From Planctomycetota bacterium (lineage in GTDB: Bacteria > Planctomycetota > UBA1135 > UBA2386), in NCBI GenBank assembly GCA_036376355.1, contig DASVAL010000017.1, positions 7,800 through 71,799 of the forward strand: 64,000 bases of DNA. Direction: 5' to 3'. The notes below the pieces were generated by a model that saw only the letters and a list, made by a program, of their open reading frames with translations, did no database searches and was not told the origin of the DNA. A program made the translations under genes and the position numbers. Of the stretch, positions 34,748-42,927 are shown piece after piece (the stretch's first letter is position 1; every line of letters begins with the position of its first letter).

Positions 34748-37255
34748 ATGTCTGACAGCCCCGAGGATCCGGAGGACCCCAAGGACGGTGCAGTCGAGGC
34801 TCCGGCGTTGGAAGAGGCGCAGCCGGCGAAGACCCCGGGACTCGTCGTCGAAGGCGAGCCCGGCGCCGCGTCGGTCGTCGTGCAGGACTCGCTGCCCGAC
34901 ACGATGTTCGTGTTCCCGCTGCGCTCGGCGGTGCCGTTCCCGAACCTGATGATGCCGATCCTGCTCGACTCGCCGTCGGCGAAGGACATCGTCGCGAAGG
35001 CGGAGGCGCACAACGGCCACATCTTCCTCGTGCTGCAGAAGGACGCCGAGAAGGAGCCGAAGGCGCTCGAGGACCTGCACGAGATCGGCGTCGTCACGCG
35101 CATCCTGAAGACGCTGAAGCTGCCCGACGGCTCGATGTCGGCGATGACGCAGGGCATCCGGCGCAGCCGGCTGCAGAAGCTCGTGCGCGAGAAGCCGCAC
35201 CTCGTCGCGCGCGTCAAGGAGGTCGTCGAGATCCCGGCGCAGGGACCACACGCCGAATCGCTGTTCCGGCTGCTGCAGAAGCAGCTGAAGCGGCTCGGCG
35301 AGATGCAGGAGCACGTCGACACGGGCTTCGCGATGGCGCTGCTGAACGTCGAGGACAGCAGCCAGCTCTCGGACTTCACGGCCGGCATCGTGCGCAAGGT
35401 CGCCGACCGCCAGAAGCTGCTCGAGAGCGTCGAGGTCGAGAAGCGGCTCGAGCTCGCGTTGCAGCTCGCGATGGCCGAGACCGAGCTCGCGGAGCTCGAC
35501 AAGAAGATCCAGACCGAGATCCGCGGCAAGGCCGAGCAGGCGCAGAAGGACTACTTCCTGCGCGAGCAGCTGAAGCTGATCCGCCGCGAGCTCGGCGAGG
35601 AGAAGGACCCTCGCGCGCTCGAGCTGCAGCGGCTCGAGGACGCGATCGGCAAGGCGCAGATGCCCGAAGCGGCGCTGCGGCGCGCGCGCGAGGAGCTGAC
35701 GCGGCTGCAGACGACGCCCGTCGAGTCGGGTGAGTACGGCGTGATCCGCAACTACCTCGACTGGCTCACGGCGCTGCCGTGGTCGGTGTCGACGAACGAC
35801 GACAACGATCTGCAGCACGCGGCGCGCGTGCTCGACGACGACCACTACGGCCTCGAGGAGGTCAAGCAGCGCATCCTCGAGTTCCTGGCCGTGCGCAAGC
35901 TGCGGCCGGGCCACCAGGGTGCGATCCTGTGTTTCAGCGGGCCGCCCGGCGTCGGCAAGACGAGCCTCGGCCGCAGCATCGCGCGCGCGATGGGGCGCAA
36001 GTTCTGGCGCTTCTCGCTCGGCGGCCTGCGCGACGAAGCCGAGATCAAAGGCCACCGCCGCACCTACATCGGCGCGATGCCGGGCCGCATCATGCAGGGG
36101 CTCAAGTCGTGCGGCAGCAACAACCCGGTCATGCTGCTCGACGAGATCGACAAGGTCGGCAGCGACTTCCGCGGCGACCCGAGTGCCGCGCTGCTCGAGG
36201 TGCTCGATCCCGAGCAGAACAGCCACTTCCAGGACCACTACCTCGACGTGACGTTCGATCTGTCGAAGGTCATGTTCCTCGCGACCGCGAACGTGCTGTC
36301 GCAGATCCTCGAGCCGCTGCGCGACCGCATGGAGGTGCTCGAGATCCCCGGTTACCTGCTGCAGGAGAAGGTGCAGATCGCGCGCCGCCATCTGCTGCAG
36401 AAGCAGATCGAGCGCCACGGCCTCGCCGGCAAACACCTGTCGGTCCCGCCGGTCGTCTGGCAGCGCATCATCGCGGAGCACACGCGCGAAGCCGGCGTGC
36501 GCGGCCTCGACAAGGTCGTGCAGCGCCTGTGCCGCAAGGTCGCACTCGACGTCGCCAAGGGCGGCAACGGCGTCGGCAAGCTGAGCTTCGACGAGATGGA
36601 GAAGCTGCTCGGCCGGCCCAAGTTCAAAGGCGACGAACGGCGCAAGCGCGGGCTGCCGGGCGTCGTGCAGGGGCTCGCGTGGACGCCGTTCGGCGGCGAC
36701 GTGCTCTACATCGAGGCGGTCGCGAACAAGGGCAAGGGCGGTCTGCAGCTCACGGGCAGCCTCGGCGACGTGATGAGCGAGTCGGGGCGGCTGGCTCTGA
36801 GCTACCTGCGCAGCCGCGCCGAACGTTTCGGCCTCGACCTCGAGTCGATGGCGCAGCTCGACCTGCACCTGCACTTCCCGGCCGGGGCGATCAAGAAGGA
36901 CGGGCCGTCGGCCGGCATCGCGATCGCGTGTGCGTTCCTCGGCTGCTTCCTGAAGAAGGAGGCACCGATGGACCTCGCGATGACCGGCGAGCTGACCGTC
37001 GTCGGCGAGGTGCTGCCGATCGGCGGCGTGCGCGAGAAGGTCCTCGCCGCGAAGAACTTCGGCCTCGCGCGTGTGATCCTGCCGAAGGGCAACGAGGCCG
37101 AAGCGTCCGAGCTGAAGCCCGAGCTCGTCGAAGGCATGAAGCTCATGTTCGTCGACCGCTTCGAGCAGGTCTTCGACATCGTGTTCGGCGCCCGTGGCGG
37201 CGGCGGCGGCGGCGGCGGCGGCAAGAAGCGCCGCACTACACGACGGCGACCTTGA
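34748..37255 (+). CDS. lon: ATP-dependent Lon protease (LonA) with a poly-Gly/basic C-terminal tail
   Basis: The LON N-domain, Walker A (GPPGVGKTSLGRSIA) and the protease Ser motif (DGPSAGIAIA) are present. The tail is RGGGGGGGGGKKRRTTRRRP. Confidence 0.95.
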   Translation: MSDSPEDPEDPKDGAVEAPALEEAQPAKTPGLVVEGEPGAASVVVQDSLPDTMFVFPLRSAVPFPNLMMPILLDSPSAKDIVAKAEAHNGHIFLVLQKDAEKEPKALEDLHEIGVVTRILKTLKLPDGSMSAMTQGIRRSRLQKLVREKPHLVARVKEVVEIPAQGPHAESLFRLLQKQLKRLGEMQEHVDTGFAMALLNVEDSSQLSDFTAGIVRKVADRQKLLESVEVEKRLELALQLAMAETELAELDKKIQTEIRGKAEQAQKDYFLREQLKLIRRELGEEKDPRALELQRLEDAIGKAQMPEAALRRAREELTRLQTTPVESGEYGVIRNYLDWLTALPWSVSTNDDNDLQHAARVLDDDHYGLEEVKQRILEFLAVRKLRPGHQGAILCFSGPPGVGKTSLGRSIARAMGRKFWRFSLGGLRDEAEIKGHRRTYIGAMPGRIMQGLKSCGSNNPVMLLDEIDKVGSDFRGDPSAALLEVLDPEQNSHFQDHYLDVTFDLSKVMFLATANVLSQILEPLRDRMEVLEIPGYLLQEKVQIARRHLLQKQIERHGLAGKHLSVPPVVWQRIIAEHTREAGVRGLDKVVQRLCRKVALDVAKGGNGVGKLSFDEMEKLLGRPKFKGDERRKRGLPGVVQGLAWTPFGGDVLYIEAVANKGKGGLQLTGSLGDVMSESGRLALSYLRSRAERFGLDLESMAQLDLHLHFPAGAIKKDGPSAGIAIACAFLGCFLKKEAPMDLAMTGELTVVGEVLPIGGVREKVLAAKNFGLARVILPKGNEAEASELKPELVEGMKLMFVDRFEQVFDIVFGARGGGGGGGGGKKRRTTRRRP
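37196..37222 (+). repeat. Perfect (GGC)9 trinucleotide repeat at the 3' end of lon
   Basis: Read directly from the DNA: nine consecutive GGC codons sit between cgt (37193-37195) and aag (37223-37225). Confidence 0.9.
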
Positions 37256-38348
37256 CGTTGTGGATCGGCGGCAGCGCGTCGAACAGGCAGTCCCACTGCT
37301 CGCCGCCGTCGCGCCCGATCCAGAGCTGACCGGTCGTCGTGCCGAAGTAGAGCGCGGGTGACTTCAGTTCGTCGATGGTCATCGCGTCGCGCTGGACCGT
37401 GAAGAAGCTCTCCCGCTTCGGCAGCCCGTTCGTGAGCTTGCGCCACGAGCCGCCGCCGGTCTCGCTGCGCCAGACCGCCGGCGCGCCGCCGGGGCACGTG
37501 CGCGTCATCGGCTCGAGCGGCAGCACGTAGACCGTGTCGGCGTCGTGCGGATGCACGACGATCGGGAAGCCGAAGTCGGACGGCAGACCCTTGCTGATCG
37601 AGCGCCACGTCTTGCCGTAGTCGTCGCTGCGCAGGACGCCGATGTCGGGCCGCGGGCCGCCGGGCCCGTCCCAGTTCGCCCAGCCGCCGTGGTTCTGCAT
37701 GTAGAGGCGGCCCGGCGCGTCCTTGTGGCCCGCGATCTTGTGCACACACTGGCCGAACTCGGGATACGGATCGGGCACGAAACCGGCGCCGACGCCGCCG
37801 TTGGACGCCTTGAACGTCACGCCGCCGTCCTCGCTCACGTAGTGGCCGCCGGTCGAGATGCCGAGATGCACTCGCTTGCCGTCGCACCGGATCGTGTGCA
37901 TGCACAGGCCGCCGGCGCCGGGCTGCCACTTGCGCGCGTGCGCGTGGTTGCTGATGCCCTTCACCATCTCCCAGCTGTCGCCGCCGTCGTCGCTGCGAAA
38001 CAGCGACGCGGGCTCGACGCCGCACCACAGCGACTTCTTGCCCTCGCCGGCCTCGAGCGCCCAGATGTTCGCGAGTGCCCTGCCGTCGTCCTTCGGGAAC
38101 TCCGGCGCCGACTTCGTCTCCTTGAACTTCTTGCCGAGGTCCGTCGAGCACAGGACCTTCATGCCGAAGAACGCATTGCAGCTCGACGCGTAGATGCGCG
38201 GCGCGCCGCGCGCATCGATCAGCGACGAGTAGACCGCGACACCCTGCCCGAATGGACCGCGCAGCGCGAAGCTGCGCCGGGCCTTCGCGGCCTCGGCCAC
38301 GAACAGGCCCTTCCTGGTTCCGATGGTGACGACGACGCGGTCGGACAT
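37236..38348 (-). CDS. BNR/Asp-box repeat beta-propeller protein (sialidase/Ycf48-like fold); no signal peptide seen
   Basis: Five Asp boxes are present: SDDGGDSW, SEDGGVTF, SDDYGKTW, SETGGGSW and RDGGEQW. ATG at 38348 lies 4 nt after the upstream stop. The 3' end overlaps the lon 3' end by 20 nt (convergent). Confidence 0.8.
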   Translation of the reverse strand: MSDRVVVTIGTRKGLFVAEAAKARRSFALRGPFGQGVAVYSSLIDARGAPRIYASSCNAFFGMKVLCSTDLGKKFKETKSAPEFPKDDGRALANIWALEAGEGKKSLWCGVEPASLFRSDDGGDSWEMVKGISNHAHARKWQPGAGGLCMHTIRCDGKRVHLGISTGGHYVSEDGGVTFKASNGGVGAGFVPDPYPEFGQCVHKIAGHKDAPGRLYMQNHGGWANWDGPGGPRPDIGVLRSDDYGKTWRSISKGLPSDFGFPIVVHPHDADTVYVLPLEPMTRTCPGGAPAVWRSETGGGSWRKLTNGLPKRESFFTVQRDAMTIDELKSPALYFGTTTGQLWIGRDGGEQWDCLFDALPPIHNVKVAVV

Positions 38349-38351
38349 TGC

Positions 38352-38636
38352 TCAGCCTCCTGAAACGGCGGGTAGGATGATCACCGCGTCGCCGGGCACG
38401 AGCGGCGTTTCGAGCCCCTTGCGGTCGCGGATGTGGGAGTTGTTCACGAAGACGCCGATGTGCCGGCGCACCGCGCCGGTCTCGTCGCAGATCCCGCGGT
38501 GCAGCGTCGGATGGCGGCGTTCGAGTTCCTCGAGCGCTGCACGAACCGTCGCGGCCGGCAGCGACAGCTCCGCGGCACCGCCGCAGTAGACACGCAGCGG
38601 GCCCGGGACGTGCAGCGTGATGGTGGACTTGGCCAT
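38352..38636 (-). CDS. MoaD/ThiS-family ubiquitin-fold protein ending in Gly-Gly
   Basis: The protein is 94 aa, from ATG at 38636. The C-terminus is PGDAVIILPAVSGG followed by the stop. Length and hydrophobic pattern fit beta-grasp sulfur carriers. Confidence 0.75.
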   Translation of the reverse strand: MAKSTITLHVPGPLRVYCGGAAELSLPAATVRAALEELERRHPTLHRGICDETGAVRRHIGVFVNNSHIRDRKGLETPLVPGDAVIILPAVSGG

Positions 38637-38877
38637 CGCGGATCGTTCTGCGCGAGGTTGCGGCGTCGTGACCTGCGCGGCCGGCACTCGAGCGCGGCGG
38701 AGTCTAGGAGTCCCCGTCGGGCGTGAAAACCCAGGACTTCCCCGTACGGTCGCGAAGCTGGAATCGCGCCCGGCCGCGCCACGCGGATCGCGGCCCGGTG
38801 CCCTTTCGCAGCGCCGAGCCTTGCGCAATCAGAAGATCGCGCCGAGACTGCCGCGCACCCACGTCCCAGGACAACCG

Positions 38878-39933
38878 ATGCTCCACTCGCCGATCGCCGT
38901 CTGCTGCGCTGCTCTCCTGATCGCCACGCTGCCCGCTCAACGAGAAGGGCGCGGGCGCGACCAGTCGCCGACCCTCAAGAACTTCACGATCGAGGCGGGC
39001 GCGCTGAAGAGCGACAAGGTTCGCGAAGGCGAGGCCGGCTACTCGATCTACCTGCCGAAGGGCTACACCGACGAAGCGAACAAGGACAAGAAGTACCCGT
39101 GGGTGCTCTGGCTGCCCGGCTTCGGCGGGCCCGACGAGTTCCAGCAGCGCGGAGGTGCCGAGGTGCTCGACCGCCTGCGCGGCGAGGACCAGCTGCCCGA
39201 GATCGCGATGGTCGTGTTCCGCGCCCCGGCGCGCCGCGGCCGTTCGGTCTACATGAACGGCGAAGCGGCCTCCGACACCGAGGACCTCATCGTCGGCGAC
39301 TTCACGGACCAGCTGCAGAAGAAGTACCGCCTCGCGACCGAGACGAAGCAGCGCGCCGTGATGGGCGTCAGTGCTGGCGGCTTCGGCGCGATGAAGATCG
39401 CGATGCGCCATCCCGATGCCTTCGGCGCGGTGGCCGTGCACTCGGCCGCGATCCTGCCTGCCGACCCGGAGGAGCTGGCCGGCATGAACGAGACGATCGT
39501 GCAGCGCCAGCTGCGCGGCGACATCGCGAAGGAGCTCGGCAACCCGATCGACAAGGCCAAGTGGGGCGCACACATGCCTCTCGCAATCGTCGCGACCAAG
39601 AAGTTCGACGACATGAAGGGCATGCAGATCTACTTCGACGTCGGCAGCGACGACGGCTACGGCTTCTGCGAGCCGAACGAGAAGCTCAGCAAGGTCATGA
39701 CCGAGCACGGCTGGAAGCACTTCTTCCACAAGGTCGAGGACGGTGGCCACGCCTGGAGCAGCCCGAAGATGAAGGAGAACGTCGCGAGGTCGCTGCGCTT
39801 CGTCGGTGCCGCGGTGACGGGCAAGGACGCGGTTGCCACGATGTCGGAGACGAAGCCCGCGGGCGAGAAGAAGGAGGAGCCGAAGAAGGAAGAGATCCGG
39901 GAAGACGCGAAGAAGGAAGAGCCGAAGAAGTAG
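38878..39933 (+). CDS. Secreted esterase-family alpha/beta hydrolase (esterase D / enterochelin-esterase-like) with a Lys/Glu-rich tail
   Basis: Signal peptide (IAVCCAALLIATLPAQ). YPWVLWLPGFGG, the nucleophile elbow GVSAGG and a DDGYG...H triad context are present. The tail is KKEEPKKEEIREDAKKEEPKK. Confidence 0.75.
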   Translation: MLHSPIAVCCAALLIATLPAQREGRGRDQSPTLKNFTIEAGALKSDKVREGEAGYSIYLPKGYTDEANKDKKYPWVLWLPGFGGPDEFQQRGGAEVLDRLRGEDQLPEIAMVVFRAPARRGRSVYMNGEAASDTEDLIVGDFTDQLQKKYRLATETKQRAVMGVSAGGFGAMKIAMRHPDAFGAVAVHSAAILPADPEELAGMNETIVQRQLRGDIAKELGNPIDKAKWGAHMPLAIVATKKFDDMKGMQIYFDVGSDDGYGFCEPNEKLSKVMTEHGWKHFFHKVEDGGHAWSSPKMKENVARSLRFVGAAVTGKDAVATMSETKPAGEKKEEPKKEEIREDAKKEEPKK

Positions 39934-39992
39934 CGCTTCGCGTCACGTGGCCGGGTTCGTGCCCGGGTTGCCCGGGGCAGCCTGCCCACATC

Positions 39993-40676
39993 ATGCGGCC
40001 CGCGGTTGCAGGCGAACGGATCGCGGTGACACTGCCCGTCATGCTGCAGGCAGCGACGACCGTGCGCCGCGCCACGTGGGAACTGCTTGCCGTGCTCGGC
40101 AGCGCCGCGCTGCACTTCGTCACCACGCTCTGCTGCGACCTTCAGGCCGTCGACCAGATCGTGCTCGGCTCCGGTTGGCTCGGCTACGTGCTCTGGCGAG
40201 CGCGCACGCCCGGCGTGCTCGCGGGCTGGGGGCTGCAGCGCGCGGGACTGCGTGCGTGCAGCCGCGCGGCGTCACTCGCCTTCGTCACCGGGGCGATCGC
40301 CTGCGCCGCGATCGGCGTGGCGCGGCACACGTTCGTGCTCGACTGGCACCTGCTGCCGCTGCTGCTCGTCTATCCGCTCTGGGGTCTCGTCCAACAGCTG
40401 CTCGTGCTCGGCATCGTGGTCGGCAACCTCGAGCGCTTCGGCATGGGCCGCTTCCCGCTCGCGCTCACCGCAGGGCTCGGCTTCGCGGTGGTGCACGCGC
40501 CCGACTGGCCGCTGTGCGGCGCGACGCTCGTGCTCGGCGTCGCCTGTTGCACGCTGTTCCTGCGCCACCGCTGCCTGTGGCCGCTCGGCGTCCTGCACGG
40601 CTGGCTCGGCGCCGTCTTCTACCGCTGGGTCCTCGCGCGCGACCCGTGGGCCGAGTTCCTGTCGGCCTTCGCCTGA
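39993..40676 (+). CDS. CPBP-family (CAAX protease-like) membrane protein with degenerate catalytic motifs
   Basis: The protein is polytopic. Motif 2 is present (FAVVH). Motif 1 reads QQLLVL instead of EExxxR, and motif 3 reads HGWLG instead of HxxxN. The start is uncertain (ATG 39993 or 40039). Confidence 0.6.
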   Translation: MRPAVAGERIAVTLPVMLQAATTVRRATWELLAVLGSAALHFVTTLCCDLQAVDQIVLGSGWLGYVLWRARTPGVLAGWGLQRAGLRACSRAASLAFVTGAIACAAIGVARHTFVLDWHLLPLLLVYPLWGLVQQLLVLGIVVGNLERFGMGRFPLALTAGLGFAVVHAPDWPLCGATLVLGVACCTLFLRHRCLWPLGVLHGWLGAVFYRWVLARDPWAEFLSAFA

Positions 40677-41335
40677 CGGCGCGGCCGCCGCCCGGCCTCC
40701 TCGAGCTGGCGCCGGCGGCTCATCGCCCAGCTGCAGATCGGGCACCGTGCGGGCACGTGCTGGCGTGCGCTGCAGAACGCGCGGCCGAAGTGGATCAGCT
40801 GCAGGTGCAGCTTGTTCCAGTGCTCGCGGGGGAACGCGCGCACGAGGTCGCGTTCGGTCTGCTCGACGCTCGTGCCGGCGCTGAGGCCCCAGCGCCACGC
40901 GAGCCGGTGGATGTGCGTGTCGACCGGGAAGGCCGGCTCGCCGAAGGCCTGCGCCATCACGACGCTCGCGGTCTTGTGGCCGACGCCGGGCAGCCGTTCG
41001 AGTGCGTCGAGATCGCGCGGCACGCGGCCGCCGTGCTCGGCGACGAGCAGGGCCGACAGCTCGCGGATCGCCTTGCTCTTCTGCGGCGACAGGCCGCACG
41101 GCCGGATGATCGAACGGATCGTCGCCTCGGGCAGCTTCTGCATCGCCGCGGCCGTGCGTGCACGCTGGAACAGGGCCGGCGTCACCTGGTTCACGCGCGC
41201 ATCGGTGCACTGCGCCGACAGCAACACGGCGATCAGCAGCGTGAACGGGTCCTCGTGCCGGAGCGGGATCGGCGGCTCGGCGAAGTGCTCGTCGAGGATC
41301 CGTTGGATGCGCAGGGCCTTCTGCTGCCGCTTCAT
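40619..41335 (-). CDS. nth: Endonuclease III (HhH-GPD DNA glycosylase)
   Basis: LLSAQCTD, LPGVGHKTASVVM (the catalytic Lys) and VDTHIHRL (Asp) are present. The Cys cluster reads C-x9-C-x2-C with no obvious fourth Cys. The Arg-rich tail overlaps the convergent CPBP gene by 58 nt. Confidence 0.85.
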   Translation of the reverse strand: MKRQQKALRIQRILDEHFAEPPIPLRHEDPFTLLIAVLLSAQCTDARVNQVTPALFQRARTAAAMQKLPEATIRSIIRPCGLSPQKSKAIRELSALLVAEHGGRVPRDLDALERLPGVGHKTASVVMAQAFGEPAFPVDTHIHRLAWRWGLSAGTSVEQTERDLVRAFPREHWNKLHLQLIHFGRAFCSARQHVPARCPICSWAMSRRRQLEEAGRRPRRQAKADRNSAHGSRARTQR

Positions 41336-41461
41336 GGCCTGCCCTGTGTAGCGCCTCGTGAGCGCAGTCGCACGTCCGTTGCGGAATGACTGGGGAGGGG
41401 GAGCAGCCGCTTCGTGCGACCACGGGTATCCTTGCGACCCGCAGCAAGCGCGTAGGTGGCC

Positions 41462-41923
41462 ATGCCGCAATACCAGAGGTTCGAGGAGTCGCTGGCGACG
41501 CTCGCCGAGCTGATCGCAGAGGAGCGCGAGTGGGACGACGCGCAGTGGCGGCGCAGGCTGTCCGCAGCGTGTCGTTCGGTCGGCGACTGCTGGGCGGCAT
41601 TTGCCGGCCTCGTCACCTCGGCGAGTGCGCTGGCCGAGTTGCGCGACGAGGTCGTCAAGGGGCTCGTGCAGCACGCAGACGATCTGTTCTACGGCCGCGG
41701 TGAGTCGAACGCGGCGCTGCTGCTGTTCCAGCTCGTCATCGAGATCGCGCCCGCGTCGGTCGAGGGCTACAAGGGCTGCGTCGTCTGCCACCTGCAGGGT
41801 TCCGAGATCGATCCCGCTGCCGCGCTGCCGTTCGCCGAGAAGCACGTGAAGCTCGATCCGTCGCGCTGGCGCGACGTCGAGTACATCCGCAAGCTCGTCG
41901 CCGAACGCGCGGGAGAGATGTGA
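41462..41923 (+). CDS. Hypothetical helical protein (about 153 aa)
   Basis: ATG at 41462 (a GTG lies at 41456). The sequence is acidic and Trp-containing, and is not an artefact (QYQRFEESLATLAELIAEEREWDDAQWRRRL...). Confidence 0.55.
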   Translation: MPQYQRFEESLATLAELIAEEREWDDAQWRRRLSAACRSVGDCWAAFAGLVTSASALAELRDEVVKGLVQHADDLFYGRGESNAALLLFQLVIEIAPASVEGYKGCVVCHLQGSEIDPAAALPFAEKHVKLDPSRWRDVEYIRKLVAERAGEM

Positions 41924-42051
41924 TCGCGCGCGGCGATCCGATCGCTTCCAGCGGCTGAACGCGAAGCGGGCCTTCATCGACCGGTGAGCGCCGCGTGAAT
42001 CTTCACGCACGCTTGCCAGCTGGCTCACGGACCCGCCTAGCGTGACTGCCG

Positions 42052-42927
42052 ATGGGATGCATCTTCACGAACGCTCCACGGGCCGTTGCCTCCAGGGGCC
42101 GCCCGCTCCGGTCCACCGCACTGCTGCTCGGCGCCGCGTGCCTGCTCGGCGTGCGCGAGACGGCAGCGCAGGACCGCTCCGCACCGGCCGCCGCGAACCA
42201 GCAGGCCGCCGCGAACCAGCAGGGCGCCGCGAACGCCGCATCGCTCGACGAGATGCGGCTCGCGATGGGCAAGTGGATCGAGACGCAGCAGATCGTCGCG
42301 AGGGAACGCAAGGACTGGCAGCAGGGAAAGGAGATCCTCACGAGCCGGCTCGAGCTCGTGAAGAAGGAGATCGCGACGCTCGAGGAGAAGATCGCGGCTG
42401 CCCAGTCGAGCGCGCAGAAGGCGCAGGAGAAGCGGGACGAGCTGCTCGCGGCGAACGAACAGCACAAGACCGTGAACGCGCAGCTCGCGCAGGCCGTGAC
42501 GGTCATGGAGGGCGAGATCCGCCGCCTGCTGCCGTCCCTGCCGGAGCCGCTGCAGGCCAAGGTGAAGCCGCTGTTCGATCGCATGCCGGGCGACCCGGCC
42601 AACACGCGCGCTTCGGCCGCCGAGCGGTTCCAGAACGTGCTCGGCATCCTGAGCGAGGTCAACAAGCAGAACCGCGAGATCACGGTCGTCTACGAGGTCC
42701 GCACGCTCCCGGGCGGCAAGCGCTCCGAGGTGCAGTCCATCTACATCGGGCTCGGCCAGGCCTACTACGTGAACGCCGACGGCGACGCGGGCATCGGCCG
42801 CCCGAGCGCCGAGGGATGGAAGTGGGAGCCCACCGCCGCCGTGTCGCGACAGCTCGCCATGACCCTCGAGATCCTGCAGGGCAAACACACGCCTGCGTTC
42901 ATCCCGCTCCCGGTCGTACTCCAATGA
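42052..42927 (+). CDS. DUF3450-family periplasmic coiled-coil protein (TtpB-like accessory protein of TonB2-type systems)
   Basis: It has a signal peptide and a long coiled coil. The C-terminal pattern ERFQNVLGILSEV...IYIGLGQAYYVNADGDAGIG...WKWE...PAFIPLPV is typical of DUF3450. Confidence 0.8.
   Translation: MGCIFTNAPRAVASRGRPLRSTALLLGAACLLGVRETAAQDRSAPAAANQQAAANQQGAANAASLDEMRLAMGKWIETQQIVARERKDWQQGKEILTSRLELVKKEIATLEEKIAAAQSSAQKAQEKRDELLAANEQHKTVNAQLAQAVTVMEGEIRRLLPSLPEPLQAKVKPLFDRMPGDPANTRASAAERFQNVLGILSEVNKQNREITVVYEVRTLPGGKRSEVQSIYIGLGQAYYVNADGDAGIGRPSAEGWKWEPTAAVSRQLAMTLEILQGKHTPAFIPLPVVLQ

Noticed and set aside
37193-37255. The Lon poly-Gly/basic tail as a second GlyGly-CTERM substrate for the rhombosortase.
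   Set aside because: There is no hydrophobic transmembrane helix between the Gly run and the basic cluster. Lon is also cytoplasmic.
42042-42923. The N-terminal 294 aa of the 776-aa tracked ORF, treated as part of the ExbB-like protein.
   Set aside because: That portion is Arg-rich junk lying out of frame over the well-supported DUF3450 gene. The real start is the ATG at 42924, which has its own signal peptide and an ATGA overlap.
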